Below are positions 62,001 to 64,000 of a stretch of DNA of 64,000 nucleotides, one piece after another. Position 1 is the stretch's first letter. Every line of letters starts with the position of its first letter. Below the pieces are notes generated by a model. The model made no database searches. It had not been told where the DNA came from and saw only the letters and a list, made by a program, of their open reading frames with translations. The translations under genes and the position numbers were made by a program. Source of the DNA: Chlorokybus atmophyticus (taxonomy: Eukaryota; Plantae; Mesostigma and Chlorokybus algae); NCBI GenBank assembly GCA_009103225.1, contig RHPI01002656.1:347240-411239 (forward strand), given 5' to 3'.

Positions 62001-64000
62001 ACCGCTAGCCCCTCCCTTGACGAGCGCCTATGCTGCTGGCTCTGTCGCAGATGTGGCCTCGGTCAGCCCTTCATCCCCCACTCCCTCTCTTCTCTTATCA
62101 ATCTCTTTCTTCTCTTCAAATGTTCAAGGTTATAATGCCCAGGCCTCCTCGCTGGGGGCTAGCAAGCGCTCTCTTCTCCGCTTCCGCTGGCAGGCCTGGC
62201 GCCCCTCCCCTCGTTCATATTGATGCGGGAGACCAAGCTGACACCGCATCCTCTTGGCTTCGTTGCTTCAGGCAGGGAAGGCTCCATGTGGAGTCACGCC
62301 AGTGGCACGCGAGGGGGGGTGGCAATTGTTTTCCCCTCCCCCATGCAGCAATATGTGATAGATTCCAATGAGGGAGTACGTGGCCAATTGTGCTAGCTGC
62401 GTCTTTGCTAGTGTCACCAGGTGATGGTGCTTGAGTCAGTATATGCCCCAAATGACACAACTGAGCGCGCTAGCTTCTCAGCACCTCTTGCGGAATTGCT
62501 TGCTCCAGTAGACTGGTGCCTGCTGGCTAGAGACTGGAATGCAGCAGACGATCCCTCTGCTGATCGTTTCCCAACCGGTGGCTCCTTACCCAAGTCCCCT
62601 CGGCTTCTCAACCTGTGCACCTCTCTTATTGTTAAAGACACGCACAGGATCCTCCTTCCATCCCGCGGAGGTGTGCTTCACGTGGAACAACGCCCGTGCA
62701 GGTGCTTCGCGCTGCCTTGCTCGCTTTAATCGTTTATACGTCTCCACCTCGCTGGGCACCTGGACCACCACCACACGAGTGTTGCACTAGGAGGCCTTGT
62801 CTGATCACCTTCCCGTTCAGCTGAATCTTTCCCCTCCTCACTCTTCGCTTAAGGGTGCGGGTCCTTGGCGTTTCCACTCTGCCCTGCTGCAAGATCCCAT
62901 GCTTTGTGCGGAGGTTGTACAAACAACATGTCATATAAGCGGCTCTCACCCTCTTCTCCCCTGTTGCACATCGGCTGGTTTGCAGACGACCTGTCTCATT
63001 TTGCTGATATGTCAAGGCGGTATGATTGGAGGCGCAGGCACCTCCAGTCCTCTCAGCAGCGGTTGCTCAGAGAGGAGCTGTCGGATGCTCACCGCCCCTT
63101 GATATCTCTCCCGCCAGCATGATCTGGACAGGTGCTGCTGCTGTCGCCCACTTTTCTACTATATATATGTTTCTACTATCATCACATATACTTATATCAT
63201 TCTACTATCATCGGTATTGTCTTCATGTTCTTTCCCTAGGCATGATGGGCCCCTCGCAGAGGATGGGGGTCATCAGCATGCTTCACAAGAAAGGCGAGCT
63301 TGGCAACCTCCGCAACTGGCGTCCCATCACGCATCTGCCCCTTCACTACAAGACTCTGGCCAACGCCCTCACATCGCGGCTCTCCCCCCTTCTCCCACAT
63401 GTGATCAGCCCCAAGTAGGTTGGCTTGATACGCCATCGGTACATTTCAAACAACGTGCTCACCACTCTTAATACCATGGACTTCGCCTCCTCCGACTCTA
63501 GGCAGTATGCTCTGCTGCTGCTGGATTTTGAGAAGGCCTTTGACCGCCTCAGCTGGGACTTTTTGGATGGAGCTCTGCTATCAGTAAGGTTCGGTCATGT
63601 CATGCGGGGATGGGTGTGAACTCTCAATGGAGGGGGGATTAGTCAAATCTTCGTCAATGGCAAGCTCTCCGACGAGTTTCAGCTTCAACGGGGGGTTCGT
63701 CAACTGCTGCCCCCTCGCTCCTTCTTTGTATATCATTGCTGTTGAGGCATTGGGTTCTCTCTTGCGTACCTGTAATGGCTTCACTGGCTTTTCTCTCCCT
63801 TGTCCATCACCGTCTACCTCTGTGGTTGACTCTTCCTCTTCGTCTTTTGCGGAGGGGGACATCCGTCATTTTGCATACGCAGATGACTTCACCGTTCTTG
63901 TAACAGTCAAGGCCGAATTCTGTGATTTTCATGGCCGTTTTAGGCCTTATTTGTAAGGTACATGTTTTTAATGAGTTGTGGCGGATATCGGCGAGTTATG
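59021..64000 (+). mobile_element. L1/Tx1-like non-LTR retrotransposon, decayed, runs off the window end
   Basis: ORF1-like zinc-knuckle remnant TCLLCSKMG (~60230). APE endonuclease motifs SSNVQG, RETKL, GGVAI, VYAPN, RDWN, SDHLPV, GPWRFH (62100-62900). RT motifs NWRPIT, LLDFEKAFDRL, YADD (63240-63900). Stops at 63418 and 63619 plus frameshifts. The 5' boundary is approximate. Confidence 0.9.

Overview
Eukaryotic nuclear DNA with many GT-AG introns. It is most likely a green alga; the plant group-I-like NRAMP, CENH3 loop and telo-box promoters point to a streptophyte alga (inference). Reconstructed multi-exon genes: NRAMP transporter (5'-truncated), an F-box protein, kish, a ~10 kb gene for a PH domain plus 15 PLAT/LH2 repeats (LOXHD1-like), succinyl-CoA ligase beta, CENH3, TRM1, glutamine synthetase and a bacterial/animal-type (clade 3) catalase. 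A disrupted WD40 gene resembles the cilia gene CFAP57. Mobile DNA: an RT-deleted Ty3/gypsy chromovirus with both LTRs and TSD, a decayed L1/Tx1-like LINE, two different miniature LTR elements (TRIMs) and a solo LTR of one of them. The most striking signal is that both TRIM families carry a tRNA-type RNA polymerase III promoter split across the LTR/PBS junction: A-box in the LTR, B-box just after the primer binding site, 55-56 nt apart in both. All homology calls are by eye from motifs; no searches were run.
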